From Amphiscolops sp. MND2022 (taxonomy: Eukaryota): a stretch of 64,000 nt of DNA. The position numbers were made by a program, and so were the translations under genes. Below the pieces are notes generated by a model. That model worked only from the letters and a program-made list of their open reading frames with translations, was not told the origin of the DNA and did not search any database. Positions 8,534 to 20,672 of the stretch are shown piece after piece; position 1 is the stretch's first letter; each line of letters opens with the position of its first letter. The DNA lies in NCBI GenBank assembly GCA_964187785.1, contig OZ076413.1:49416001-49480000 (forward strand), written 5' to 3'.

Positions 8534-10449
8534 ACGAAACTGACCAAACCATCTCTCAACCTGAGAACCTACCCCTGGTCTGTAACAACATCCAAGACCC
8601 AGAACAGGAACAGCGGCGTCTACTACACAATGACACTAGTTTCCCACGCAGTTTGAGACCACACCAAGACCAGGACCCCGTCCTTAGAAACCTCAAACTG
8701 AAAATCCTAAAAGAACCATATGACACCCAACTACTGAATGATGACCCCAGAGCAGCCAAGTACCTCACTCAGGACGACCGCATCATCATCAAGGATGGGC
8801 TCCTGTACAGACAATACTTTGGCGACACAGGCAAAGTCAAATATCTGCAAGTATTGCTCCCCCAACAATTGGTCGATGAATTCATACAACACCACCATGG
8901 CAAATTCGGAAAACACCCAGGCATAGCCAAAACCATCCAGCAGTGCCGCGAAAAATATTACTTCCCAGGACTAGCCGCCCGCATAGCCACGCACATTACA
9001 CAGTGTCCAGAATGTGCGCAGACGAAAAGGACCCCAAATGCCAACATCACACCTCCACTGATCGACATGTCTAAAGTAGCACTGGGCCCAGAAGACGCGC
9101 TACAAATGGACATCGTCCCGTTCGACGACCCATCAGGAGGATATACCGCAGTCATTACAGCGATGGATGTATTCTCCCGATACCTTTTCGCTTATAGTGT
9201 CGCCAGGGTCGATACCAAGACTGTCACGCGGGTCCTCACAGATATCATAACAAGACACTGTTACCTTCCCACAACGATAATAACGGACAAAGGATCCCAG
9301 TTCATATCGGAGGCAATGCAACAAACAACAGCTGTCCTTGGAATCCAACTGAAACATGCCACTACCAAACATGCCCAGACAATTGGCATACTGGAAAAGA
9401 CGCACGCCTCCCTCAAAGAAAGCCTAAAGATCATGACAGGAGAGAGGCGAACGATGTGGCACCAATTTTTACCAATGGCGGTATTAAATTATAATACCTC
9501 ATACCACACGTCACTGGGCTGTGAACCCAGCCGAGTTTTCCATGGAAGAGTACCATACAACGTACTTGACCTCAAATATGGCATCAAGCCACAGGCGTCC
9601 TCCACAATCAACCACGAAATAGCCGAGGGAGTGTTGAAGCAAACACAACAAATCCTCAACAACAGTCAACAAGCCCTGATGCAAGCTTACGTCCGACATA
9701 AACGCTATTATGACCGGAAAGCATCAGCTCACCCCTTAGTAGTAAACGACTACTGCTATGCTTTACATCCAAAGGCGCATAGCCAAGCGACGAAACTGCC
9801 GTTCAGAGAATACCTTTGGACGGGACCATATATCGTGGTCAAAACTCTGCCTAACAATAATTACCTTATACGCAAGCTACAAACCAATTTCACCCAGATC
9901 CTGCACAGAATCAGACTCCGCCCCTTTGCAAGCAGCCAAAAACTGCCTGACATTACAGTTCCACCCAAAGATTACCAGCAGGATACTGAAGTAACAATTC
10001 AACACGACGACCTCTTTGCAATGGCGTGGGAAGAGCTATACAACGAATGCCCACCCCAACCCGAAAATAAACAATCGCCCGAACCCGAGATCATACTGCC
10101 AACCCCAGTAACAGACAATGCCCCCACCCACCCTGAACCCCCAAGCCCTAACCTGGCATACGAACCCGAACCTACCCCAACCTACCCAAGTGATCAGGCA
10201 CAGGACCCAACAGTCGACCTCGATGATATACCCGAAGAAAACACAGATACACCTAAATCCCCCCGAAAATCCCAATACAATCTTCGAAGAAACCCGACGT
10301 CAAATTGGAAGCCCGATTACGCCTATTACAATGCCTTAACAGCTAACTCAACAAGCCCGGCACAATCAACCGGTAGCCTGGACGACGACCCAGAATTTCA
10401 AGTTTTAGCAGACCTCGGCCCAGACGGCAGCCCGAGATCAGAAAATTAA
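8530..10449 (+). CDS. Integrase (HHCC, DDE, GPY) in a separate frame from RT/RH
   Basis: H..H..CPEC zinc motif; MDIV / ITDKGSQF / GILEKTH catalytic triad; WTGPY; P/E-rich tail with YNLR. Confidence 0.95.
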   Translation: MNETDQTISQPENLPLVCNNIQDPEQEQRRLLHNDTSFPRSLRPHQDQDPVLRNLKLKILKEPYDTQLLNDDPRAAKYLTQDDRIIIKDGLLYRQYFGDTGKVKYLQVLLPQQLVDEFIQHHHGKFGKHPGIAKTIQQCREKYYFPGLAARIATHITQCPECAQTKRTPNANITPPLIDMSKVALGPEDALQMDIVPFDDPSGGYTAVITAMDVFSRYLFAYSVARVDTKTVTRVLTDIITRHCYLPTTIITDKGSQFISEAMQQTTAVLGIQLKHATTKHAQTIGILEKTHASLKESLKIMTGERRTMWHQFLPMAVLNYNTSYHTSLGCEPSRVFHGRVPYNVLDLKYGIKPQASSTINHEIAEGVLKQTQQILNNSQQALMQAYVRHKRYYDRKASAHPLVVNDYCYALHPKAHSQATKLPFREYLWTGPYIVVKTLPNNNYLIRKLQTNFTQILHRIRLRPFASSQKLPDITVPPKDYQQDTEVTIQHDDLFAMAWEELYNECPPQPENKQSPEPEIILPTPVTDNAPTHPEPPSPNLAYEPEPTPTYPSDQAQDPTVDLDDIPEENTDTPKSPRKSQYNLRRNPTSNWKPDYAYYNALTANSTSPAQSTGSLDDDPEFQVLADLGPDGSPRSEN

Positions 10450-10805
10450 TTAGCCCCAGGCACTGGCCTAGACAGCATCCCTACAAACTGAATCTCAAAA
10501 TCTCTTCATTTCACAATGGCTTTCACTCAAACTACTATACTCTACGACTTGGATGAAAACAATTCGGAGGCTAAATACTGAATTAATTAGCCCAGGAAAG
10601 CACTGAGCTGCCTCAACTTCTCCTCTCTGTTTTTTTTTTGATTTTTTTCTTTGCCCTATAATACCAGAGCATATCATTCTGTGTATTTTGATTCACTACA
10701 AAGGAACCGACTTGCGGAACCGCTAATACAAGCAACAAATAAATAAACAGTCTATATACAAGGAGTCAATCAATTCATCAGAAAAAGTTCAAAATCATCA
10801 TGTCT

Positions 10806-13800
10806 TCAGGTCGACTTCCCAGACCGCGTTGCCCGGGTACTACTCTTCGGTCCTTTTGACGAAGAGCCAGCTCCACTTTGACTGCCCCCAGGAACAGCAC
10901 TGGTAGAAGCACCAACAGTTGTCACACGGGCCCTCCACTCCTCAACCTGCCCTGTATAATACGCCGTATAACACTGGAGCAAGTCATTAAAAATCCCAGC
11001 ACGAGAATGGCGGCATACATCAGTCCAAGGATCAAACTCAGTCCGTGCCAGGAACCGATGCCCAACAGGCAGGTTGACTTTTAACTCCTCCAGACACCCT
11101 ACGGTCAGCAACTCACCAACGACAAACTTTGGATGCAAAACAAATGACTGAACAGCACTCAACCCAGAACGGATAACACTAGGCGGCAGATTTGTTCCAC
11201 TCATAGAGATGTCCACAACAGGCATGGCAGCAGGAGCAGGCCCAACAATAACACGCACAAGACGAACTACTTGTTTCACATGGGCGCGGCACTGATAACT
11301 GGTATTATCCTCCAGATAAACAAACACGTCTTTGATCTGAGAGGCATCGGTCGATAACTGCCGAAGATCCACCACCAACGACTTGAACTCGTTTACAGCA
11401 GCTTCTCGATCCAGACTACCCAAATAACCAGCTTCCTGGAAACAGGCGACCAAGTCCTGAAACAACTCCACAACGTAACCTGCATCTCCGCCGAGCAACA
11501 TGTCCACACTCAGGCAACTGAGAGAGCGGGCGACCCGAGAACTGGCGTAACTGGATGCCCTGAGCTGTTTGAGCAACTCCAGCAAGAAAGTCTGACACTC
11601 CTTCAAGAAAGCTCGTCGAGGCGTAACGTCAAACCCACGCAGAGCCTTTAGGATACTAGGCTCATCTTGGAGACACTCACCAGCAGCAACGTTGGGCCAA
11701 TTTGTCAAGGGCTGGTCGATATACTCAGACCAACAATCAATTGAAGGCAACTGACCCACCTTCTTGACCTTACTCAGCAGACTCCAGTAGAAAAAACAGA
11801 AGTCAACGAAGTTCCTGCAGGCATAATCCTTAACTGATGAATCAAATAGCTTCGCACAGTTAGTCCGGAAACACAGCAATACCACATGCAACAAGGCGAG
11901 ACGCGGCAGTCCCAATCGGTCCGAACACAGCAAAGAATCAAGATCCACCACATTAATGGACTTCTTCATCAGCAGCATATCATTAGCAAGACAAATCTTT
12001 ATATCCGACCAATTTGACAACAACTCCTCCAGAACATCACAGAGAACAGCAAATGACACTTCACCACTACCCAGGCAGAGACGGAATTGGGGCAGATTCA
12101 GGAGCCAGGCCTGATGGCGGACCCTCTTCAAACGCTGCACAAGATACTCAACCACAGCGAAGGCATCCACTGATCCCACACATGACAGACCAGCCTCGTT
12201 CACGATACGCCGCAACAGATCACCATCAAAAGACACAGCAACTAGAGGCACAGGCCGCCCGACTGCTCGACACCAATCGACGTAGGCGTTGAAAAGAACT
12301 GGAGAACAATTTTCAACAGAGACGGGTCCACGACGAGTTGACACCAACGATAAGGCACGAGACAAGCATTGAATTTCGGATTCACAGGAAACAGCAGCCT
12401 GATCTTCATCAGCGATACAAATCTCACGGGTCGAGTCATCTGTGCAACACCGAACAAAACATCTCACATTGGAACGGGACTGCTGTAGTACCAGGCTAAA
12501 GGGACTGTCTCCCAGCCACGTCCTCACACGTTTCAGCACACGTGGGTACAGTGTCTGCACCAACACCACAAGAGTCTCAGTTTTGCTCCAGGTAACAGAA
12601 GCGTACGGGCTCTCGACCGGCAGAGTGGTTCTAAACTGGTTCCACAAGCGGCGTAAGAACACTTGCGAACCGCCACTCCTAAGAAGCTCCAGAAGACAAC
12701 CCACGAGCGTCGAAGGTGGCACATTGGACGGGACGCCAACCAGTGCATCCACCTCGTCCTCAAGGAAAGGGTTCATTTTGCCGAGCGTAACAGGGGGCGT
12801 CTTCTCAATTTCTTCCCGCAACTCTGCAGATATCTCACCCACGGGAATCGCGTCAAAATCTTCTGTGAAGATAACGTCCTCATGGTCGTAACGATATCTC
12901 CGGTCTTTCAAGTAATGCCCCTTGCATTTGAAATGCCGCCAAATACCCCGAGGACCCCGGGACAGAAAGGAGACATCCTTGCGGCAGATGGCACAGTTGA
13001 ACCCGTTGGGATTCTTGTCACTGCGGCGACTCACGAACAAACGCGGGAGGGCATGATGACACATAGCCTTTGTCAGGACATGACGCTCAGACTGCCGTTT
13101 CGCCTTTTCCTCGTCGCGGGCCAACAGTTTTTCCTTCCGCACTTCAATGGGATCTAGCACACGACTAGGATCATTGGCATCAATGCCTTTTGCCTTCAAC
13201 AGCCGTGACAACTCCTCGAATTCTAAAACACAACACTCTCCACAACAACTGGAAATCAAATCAAACCCGAAAACAAACAGCAGTAAAAGGACAGACCAAG
13301 CGGAAAACACAGACAAAACAGTTCATAGAACAGCAGATAAAAAGAGTTGCAGACAACAACTTACGTTTAGCCAAAGTCTTCGTCTCCTTCATGGCTTCAG
13401 TCCGTTCGCTCCGGGCAGCACATCGAGCGAACATCACACACTGTGCGGCAGACATAATGACTGGAGACCCAGAAGGCACAGACTCTAATCCAGCTAAACA
13501 GAAGAGAAAACCTTGCCATACAACTAACAAATGAAGAAACCCCCCCTCCTCACAGGAGAATGACAGATAACATCCAACAATAAAACCACCAGTACCAGAG
13601 TATGGAAGAACACAAACCAAATACACATACCTTTTTCCCATTCATTGTGGATGGTGGACGGCTCCAGGCCAACTGCTGGACGATAGTGCTGTCTCCTCTC
13701 AAAATGAGCCCCAGAATCAGGCAACACGGACACAGCCTCACTCTCTGCAGCCGGGGTTTCCTGCGACGGATCACAGACAAAGACATCACTCTCCTCCGAT

Positions 13801-14564
13801 GTCGCCGGTACCGCCTGAGACCCAGGATCAACGACTATAACATCACAATTAGTGCACAACCAGAGGAATAATATGGACAAAAGCACAAAACCACACACCC
13901 ATAAAATTCCTAACGCCATACAAAGAAAGAAGAAAGAATACCTACTTTCAAGAGTCTTGGATGCGCTGATGACAGGTGGCTCATACTCGTTCCCAGAACT
14001 GTCACGCAGTGTGGGCGGCACAGGCATAGACCCAGAGATTATATCAGCCAACTTTACCCGTCTGGAAGGCCCCACACTCCCGACAGAAGGCACACGACTG
14101 GCACGACGCTTCTTCTTGCCCTGAGATTGGGTACTAGCGGAAGGGTGATAATCGTCATCAGTTTCATCATCAGACACTAAATACAAAGTAGAGATCAAAA
14201 GAACGCGTTCGCAGACACCTAGAAAAGGCTGGCCACCTATCAATTTCTAGAAAAGTTTACCTTTCTTATTGGCAAGATAGTCAAGTTCATGACGGGCATC
14301 ACTGCTATCCGAATGAACAGATCCAGTCTCCTCGGGACACTCGGCCTCGTCATCATCCACATCTTTCTCGCCGAACCCACGTATTTTCGAACCAGCAGTA
14401 CTGACACCAGCCTCCTCATTCTCATCCTGATCACCACTACCAGTAACTTCTTTTTCACCTCGAATGATAGACCCACCGACAGACTCAGACTCCAACTCAC
14501 TCTCCATAAAACCAGCTCCTCGACTTTGACGCTGAAGGACATTATCCTCTTCAGTTGAACTCAT
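10806..14564 (-). CDS. Antisense five-exon gene, ~1094 aa: acidic disordered N-terminus plus hAT-transposase-derived domain lacking catalytic residues. Exons 14564-14261, 14176-13946, 13834-13631, 13493-13365, 13222-10806
   Basis: Four GT-AG introns (84, 111, 137, 142 nt), all phase 1, join into one open frame of 3285 nt. Zn finger CAIC..H..H. SPFSLVLQQS sits at the position of hAT xPFSLxxDES. C-terminal helices resemble the hAT dimerisation region. Confidence 0.8.
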
Positions 14565-17080
14565 TATCAAACAATCTAAAAATAGCAATCAGCATAAAAT
14601 CAAAGAAGATGTGGCGTAAAACAAGGAATTACTAATATCAAAAGTTATCTACTATATAAGGAGATTTGTTCAGTCTGCCAGCTGAACAATTCATGGAGTT
14701 AACACAAACCGTGTGAACGAATCTTCCAAGCGGAGCAAATCAGTTGTACTACAAAATTGACTGACGCTTAGTTGACACTACAATGAATCACGCAAACTCA
14801 AGCAGCCAAATAAACGAAAATGTTTTTATTCTCGACAGAGATGAACAGCAGCAACCCAACCAAAGGCCCGGTACACCGCCGCCTATATATCAGCTAATTA
14901 ATCCTGCACGCTGTCCTACTATTTACGAAATCATTAAAACCGAAGACCAGCACATCGTCTTGGTACACGACAGCCAATTACCACAGATGATAAATGAAGA
15001 AGCAGAAAACCAAGTTATCCGCCGCTTCACGACTGAAAACCCGGTCATACCTGACGACGCATTTATAAGCCCGGTCATACCTGACGACGCATTTATAAGC
15101 CCGGTCAGCGAGACCGACAGCAGCTCCGAAGGATACTGGTCAGGCAGCAGTTGGTCCAGCATTTCCACTTGGCGCTCTTATGACTCAATGAGAGATGACT
15201 TACCTACCTTGTTCGACACCCCGATCCGATCCATTTCCCAATTTCTCCTTCCAGAGGGAACTGGGCAAAGAAGCCGAGGACTGTCACAGCCCCGCATAAG
15301 CTGTGAGTATTGCAACATGTGTAACCCAGTCTTCAAAGAATAAATTGGGAAAAGAGAGGAAAGAACAAGAAAGAAACAACAAAGGGACAATTAGAAACAG
15401 AGGCGCTAAATTTGAAACAATTAAATAAATAAATATATATATTAATATTACTATATTAATGTACACTTATTTAAATACGTACTTACGAATAACGGAGCTA
15501 AAGTGCAGTTAATAATGTTAATAATATAGTGCTAATATCAATACTACGTAAAACACTCAACCTGACAAGCAGTCAATTAATTCTTGAACGGAACTGCGGC
15601 CTGGCGGCCGGCCTCAAATGCGCTCACTAAAGCGGTGGCCTGGCAGGCGGCCTGAGATTTGTAAACCAATACACAAGCATTCCCTTACAGTGAATACATG
15701 TATACAAACTAATGGCTAATGCAGTGCTTCATCGACAGTGCAGTTTTGTATATATACCAATAATCGAGATTCCCGCGCCAATTCATTGCAATATTTTGGA
15801 CCGCGGCCTGAGACGCGGCCTGAGAATGAAAATACAGCGAACTGTCCGTAAAATTAGAAAGTGTCGATGCTAACATGTAACTTTGTTTCGAAATAACTCT
15901 AATAGCCATCACTGATGATCCTAAATAATACTGTTGATTGGAATATTACATATAATGTACTTTTACATGTAAATGGCGTCTAATCAGTAAATAAGCCTGA
16001 ACCGTGGCCTGAGCCAAAGGCTCAATGTCAAAATGCAAACCAAGGGTTAATTGCATGCATATACCATTTTCTAAACACGTTACCGTTTAATTGCATTTAT
16101 TATTCCATAAAATAATGTCTCTGATGCTGTGCACTGTTTATAATCACTGTATTTTGTTGAACCAATTTGTCCGTCCAGGACCATGGCCTGGGACCAGGCT
16201 TTGCCGTTTTATTTAAAACATCACCAAATACACCGTAGAAAAGATTCTACTCTCCCTTTTGCAGTTTATCATACTTTTTCCATTTAATTTCTCTCATTTC
16301 GTTGCTAATTTATTTTAATTAGAGAATATCTGTAAAAGGAATTTGACTGTCATCGTTTCCTCCCAAATTTAGTGCAGTTTGTTAACTTCGTTTGATGAGT
16401 CACAGCGTGTGTTTTTACTAGTTGTTCAGTTCGGCGTCTCGAAGAGGCGGGAGATTGGAGAGGAAGGAAAGCGAAGTCGCAACTCAGGCCGGAAGTGGAC
16501 GCTTGCTTTCCCCGGGAAGCATGAACAAACTGAAAGCCTGAGTTCGACTAAGCGGAACTGAATTTCCGGTTTCCCTGCCTCGGATGGACGCCGGGCTGAA
16601 CGAAATGTGAAGTATGTGCGTGTCTTTTCCTTGCTTCCTCTATCGGAAGGTATAAATATGATGGGACCAAGAGGCCATATTTAGTTAAAATTTTGTTGTT
16701 TATCGCAAGCAATTGTCTTTTGTTGAAAATAATTGAAAGTTTCAAAACTTCAAATTTCTCTGCTCAAGATTCCACTTAGATTTCTTCTAAAGAAAATTGA
16801 GAACTTAAACTTGAACAAAATGCCCGAGAGAAGCTCGAAAAGGAAAGCTAGGCGAGATTCCCCAGTGAATTCAGTAGACGAACCTGAGTCCTCCAGCATG
16901 AGGACTGAGAATACCCCTTGCTTGTCTGACAAGGATTTCAACGAGTTATCCGAAAAGATAGAAAAGTCCGTCAGCAAAAGAATTAAGGACACGGAAATCG
17001 GACAACGTGAGATTTTGAAAATGATAGAGAATCTAGCCTCCAAGATAGACACACTAGCAGAAAAACCGTCCTACAACGCA
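13629..17080 (+). repeat. Direct repeat copy B, ending inside the gag 5' region
   Basis: Identity with copy A stops after ...tcctacaacgca (3452/17080). Confidence 0.97.
14783..15343 (+). CDS. 186-aa accessory ORF, second copy
   Basis: Identical except PPNY to PPIY. Confidence 0.6.
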   Translation: MNHANSSSQINENVFILDRDEQQQPNQRPGTPPPIYQLINPARCPTIYEIIKTEDQHIVLVHDSQLPQMINEEAENQVIRRFTTENPVIPDDAFISPVIPDDAFISPVSETDSSSEGYWSGSSWSSISTWRSYDSMRDDLPTLFDTPIRSISQFLLPEGTGQRSRGLSQPRISCEYCNMCNPVFKE

Positions 17081-17113
17081 GCTCAAAAAATAGATGATGA
17101 AGTCAGTTTTTAA
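16820..17113 (+). pseudogene. Truncated gag N-terminus running into flanking DNA
   Basis: Identical to gag up to PSYNA, then AQKIDDEVSF-stop. Confidence 0.85.
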
Positions 17114-18527
17114 CATTACATGGTTTCAATTTTTTAAGGTATTTGAAAAAAAAATGCAATATAAATATTTCCAGTTCCTTTATCTCTAAATTTCCATACA
17201 AGGCCCCACGCATTTTTTCCTGAAAGTTGTTCAGGGTCAATCTATAATTGAATACATGACTGTCACGACTTTCTTAATTAGCCAAATCAGCCTCCTTACT
17301 AGCTGCGACGCATGTAATTCCAGTGATGTCAAATGCATTGAGGAAAAACATAACTACTTCTTGTGTGCCTATACATACACGTTGTGCGTGTACTTGTATG
17401 TTTATAGTAGAAGCAAAGCAAATGGGATTTGAACTTCTCCTGGAATTTGAACAACAAAGGCTCTAATTGTGGCTTGTTAGCGAAAGAGCGGCCGCCGGCA
17501 TTTGGGGCTACTTGTGTGAGTGGAGAACAGTTGTGAAATTGTGGCGTTCACTAATTGCATTATTGGCTGTAAATAGGAGTAAATTGGATTTTTCAAATGC
17601 AGAAGAATGGAGAGCACGTGCAGCTAGATGCGACACTTCTCGACCCAATCAGGGACCATTCAGCCCATTGGGCATATACACTTAACCTAAATAAGTGCCC
17701 CAGGTGAGCTGCGGGTAGGGGGTAAAACAGAACAGGGATAAAGGGGCACAAGTTGACATGACACGATAACTTCGTTCATTCATAGCCTCACATACAAGTA
17801 TATGTACCATTCTCAACGTTGTTTCATTGACTGAGGCTTTTTACGATGAGTCATTGATCTGGGTATAACATTATCACTATTTGAATGTTCAAATTTAATG
17901 CCTTGAGGGTTTATGTCAAGCTTTATCCACAGATATATGTCAGGATTTTGGTGTCCATATTTGTAGTGCGTTATCGTTTTGAAAAAAAGAAAGTTCTCGA
18001 AGAAAAAAAATGGAAGAACATAGGTTTGGAGAGCATTCTGGAAGTTCACGTACACTAGAGTGCCAAAACTTTTTTAAAGCAATATGTTTGAAGCGATTCG
18101 AATCATTCCTTTTGGGTAAGCATTTGACAAAAATGTTTCAAATGAACAAATACTTCTGTCCCTTTTTAAATTATCAATTTTGAATAAAATCTAACAGTCA
18201 GGTCTACAAAGTTTAAAAGAAGCATTCTTCGAGGTTTTCACAAGATGCTTTGAAGTTTAGAAAACCTCAAAAATAAAAGTGATATTTTTTATCTTAATTC
18301 GATTTTACAAAAGATAATTGTAATTTGGTTGAGACCTGAGACTTTTGCTGTTGATGTTCTTAGAAATCGCAGGTTTTCGAAAATTTTGATATTGGAAACG
18401 CCATTAGAAAATGATCTTAGAGCTTCGTTTGAACAAATCATGGTTATGCATACACATCTGTTTTCTTAGCATCAAAAGAAACGAATTGATAATAATGACC
18501 TGTTGGAGGTCACATGGTGGCATGTCT

Positions 18528-18572
18528 TGATCAGTCAAAAATTTGATCAGTCAAAAATTTGATCAGTCAAAA
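18528..18572 (+). repeat. 16-bp tandem repeat, about 3 copies (ttgatcagtcaaaaat)
   Basis: Read directly. Confidence 0.85.
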
Positions 18573-20672
18573 AGATTGGTTTACGCTTGGATTGTTTCAA
18601 AACATGAAAAATCGAAGAAGGAGCGTAAATCAATCTTTTTCGACTGATGATGAAACTTAATGCACTAAATTTCCAAATACAAAAGACTGTAGTTTTTGGC
18701 ACTACTTTTCATTTTTTTTCTGGTTTTTGAGCAATGAGCTTAAAGATCTTGAAACTCATTGCTCGGAAACCAGAAAGAACTAGTCTTTTGTTTTAGGAAT
18801 TTTAGTGCGTTTCATTATTTTTTTCATTATTTTTTTTCCTTATTTTTTCATTATTTTGATTATTTTTTGTTTTATTATTTTTTCATCCAAAACGAGAAAC
18901 CACACAGAATTCCTTATAGTCCTCAAAATTTTATCATCTGGAAGTTGTTTGATTTTTTAAACCTTCTTGTTAAAATAGTTTAACATCCCAATTACAAACA
19001 TTTTTAATGCTATGATTAAAAGAATATGAAGCCTAGTCAGACGTTTTCAAACTGCTTGCATTGCATTTTTGTGCTGTTTAAATTCGTGATGGTTTTTTCT
19101 TCGAGGCATTTTTGGTCATACCGCCGCGTGTTTGGAGAACATAAAACTGGGCGAGCAGAGTTGGAGAGCAGAAAGAAACAGTTACATTGGCAAAATGCAC
19201 GAAATGGTAAAATTATGATAATGTTGCGAGGCTGTTTCGGAATCAAAACATTTTCTCCCGGTATCAAAGTGCTAATTTTCGCATAATTTGTACATTTCTA
19301 TTCCCAACGGTGGTCGCAAAATGAAAATTTTGGCGGCGTTTTGTAACAATTTTCCCTCTTTTATAATCCGAGGAGAAAAGATTTTCAAGAGTAGGGGGAT
19401 TTTTATGGCTAATTAATGTCAATGTAATAGTGTCCGTCTAATAATTGGGAAGAAAATCCCAGAGCCGCGGGAAGTCTTAGGAGAGCTTTTAAAAGGAGTA
19501 AAAACAGGTCTTGTTTGTTGCATTGTTTGCACTTATAAAAGCCACTCCAATCATTTTATATACTGCTCACAATGCACTTCTGAAAAGACTCCTTTCAGGC
19601 AATTTATGCGCAAATAATTCAATTGACGTTCTCTCTTCAATAAACCCACAATTATACCCAACACACACCATTTACTATACATTCTATGCACATATGTATA
19701 GAAATCAGTGATCGTGGGACTTCAAAAAACATAATCACAATTTTGACTCAAGAAGGCGCCATTTGGCTAATTAACAAAAAATATGAAAAAAAAACGCAAA
19801 ATATTTCATCCAGGAAATAACTTCTCAGTTTTTCTCGATGTTCTTTTCTCTTACTGTTGATATTTAGTCTCGTAATCAAATAATTTCGCCAACTTTTCCA
19901 ATTTTCCGCTCCAATGATTTTTATTATTCCTTTTCATGGGGCCATAAATCACTTGAAAACGCAAAATACTGGAACAAATGAAAGCGGGAGCTAAAATAAA
20001 ACGACCGTTAAAATTTAATGCTGGAATGGAAACCGAATTCAAAATTAGATTACTTGCATTCGGATTTCATTCATCACTTTCACGGGAAAACTATTCCGTT
20101 CACAATTCTTTGTTGGATGCGTGACAAAAATTTTGTTCCAAATGCTCCGCGGTGAACGCAGAAATCATTTTTTTTCAGAAACAGTTGGAAGATTTCGATG
20201 ACTATTATCCATTATGATGATTTTTTATAAAAAAAAGTGTGCTTTTTTTCTTAAAAGAAGACATCATAATGAATAATGGTCACCAAATCTTTCAACTTTT
20301 CCTGGAACAAATCTTATTTTCTAATCTGAAATGTCACATGGATACATAGAAATGGTTTTCAGTTCGATAATAAAAAGAAAAAATCCGGACTCCGGATCTA
20401 AATTAAATGCTAACTAAACTTTAAACCAAATTCTTCACTACCAACTTTCGGAAAATTCATTCGTTCAATAACTAGTTTAATTATTTCAATAACTAAAATT
20501 CAACATGTTTCTTATTCACCCCTCCAACAAGAAAGCCACTTTTTATTTTTTTAGGGTGCGCAACTTTTAGAAAACTCAATTTTACATAGCGGCCTTCAAA
20601 TTGTTGGCCTCAGCGTGTCACCCGCAATTTTGAAGGCACGTCCTGCCTTTTGGTCTAGTTTTTGTGGCGAAT

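Larger units (their letters stand above)
1..17080 (+). mobile_element. Ty3/Gypsy-type LTR retrotransposon, 13,628-bp unit plus part of an adjacent copy (or a very long LTR)
   Basis: Domain order gag-PR-RT-RH-IN with GPY motif. All ORFs in 1-3452 recur at +13628. PBS-like site at 3547. Confidence 0.93.

Noticed and set aside
10806..13316. Env-like or secreted protein, suggested by the hydrophobic N-terminus of the 836-aa ORF
   Set aside because: The hydrophobic start lies in a predicted T-rich intron (13364-13223), the ORF is antisense, and it carries hAT-like motifs.
13524..14243. 239-aa membrane protein
   Set aside because: The hydrophobic stretches coincide with predicted introns; only the exon parts are credible.
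17071..17080. Natural LTR end at ...aacgCA
   Set aside because: The equivalent position 3452 is not followed by a TGG PBS; the better candidate is 3544-3547. Not fully excluded.
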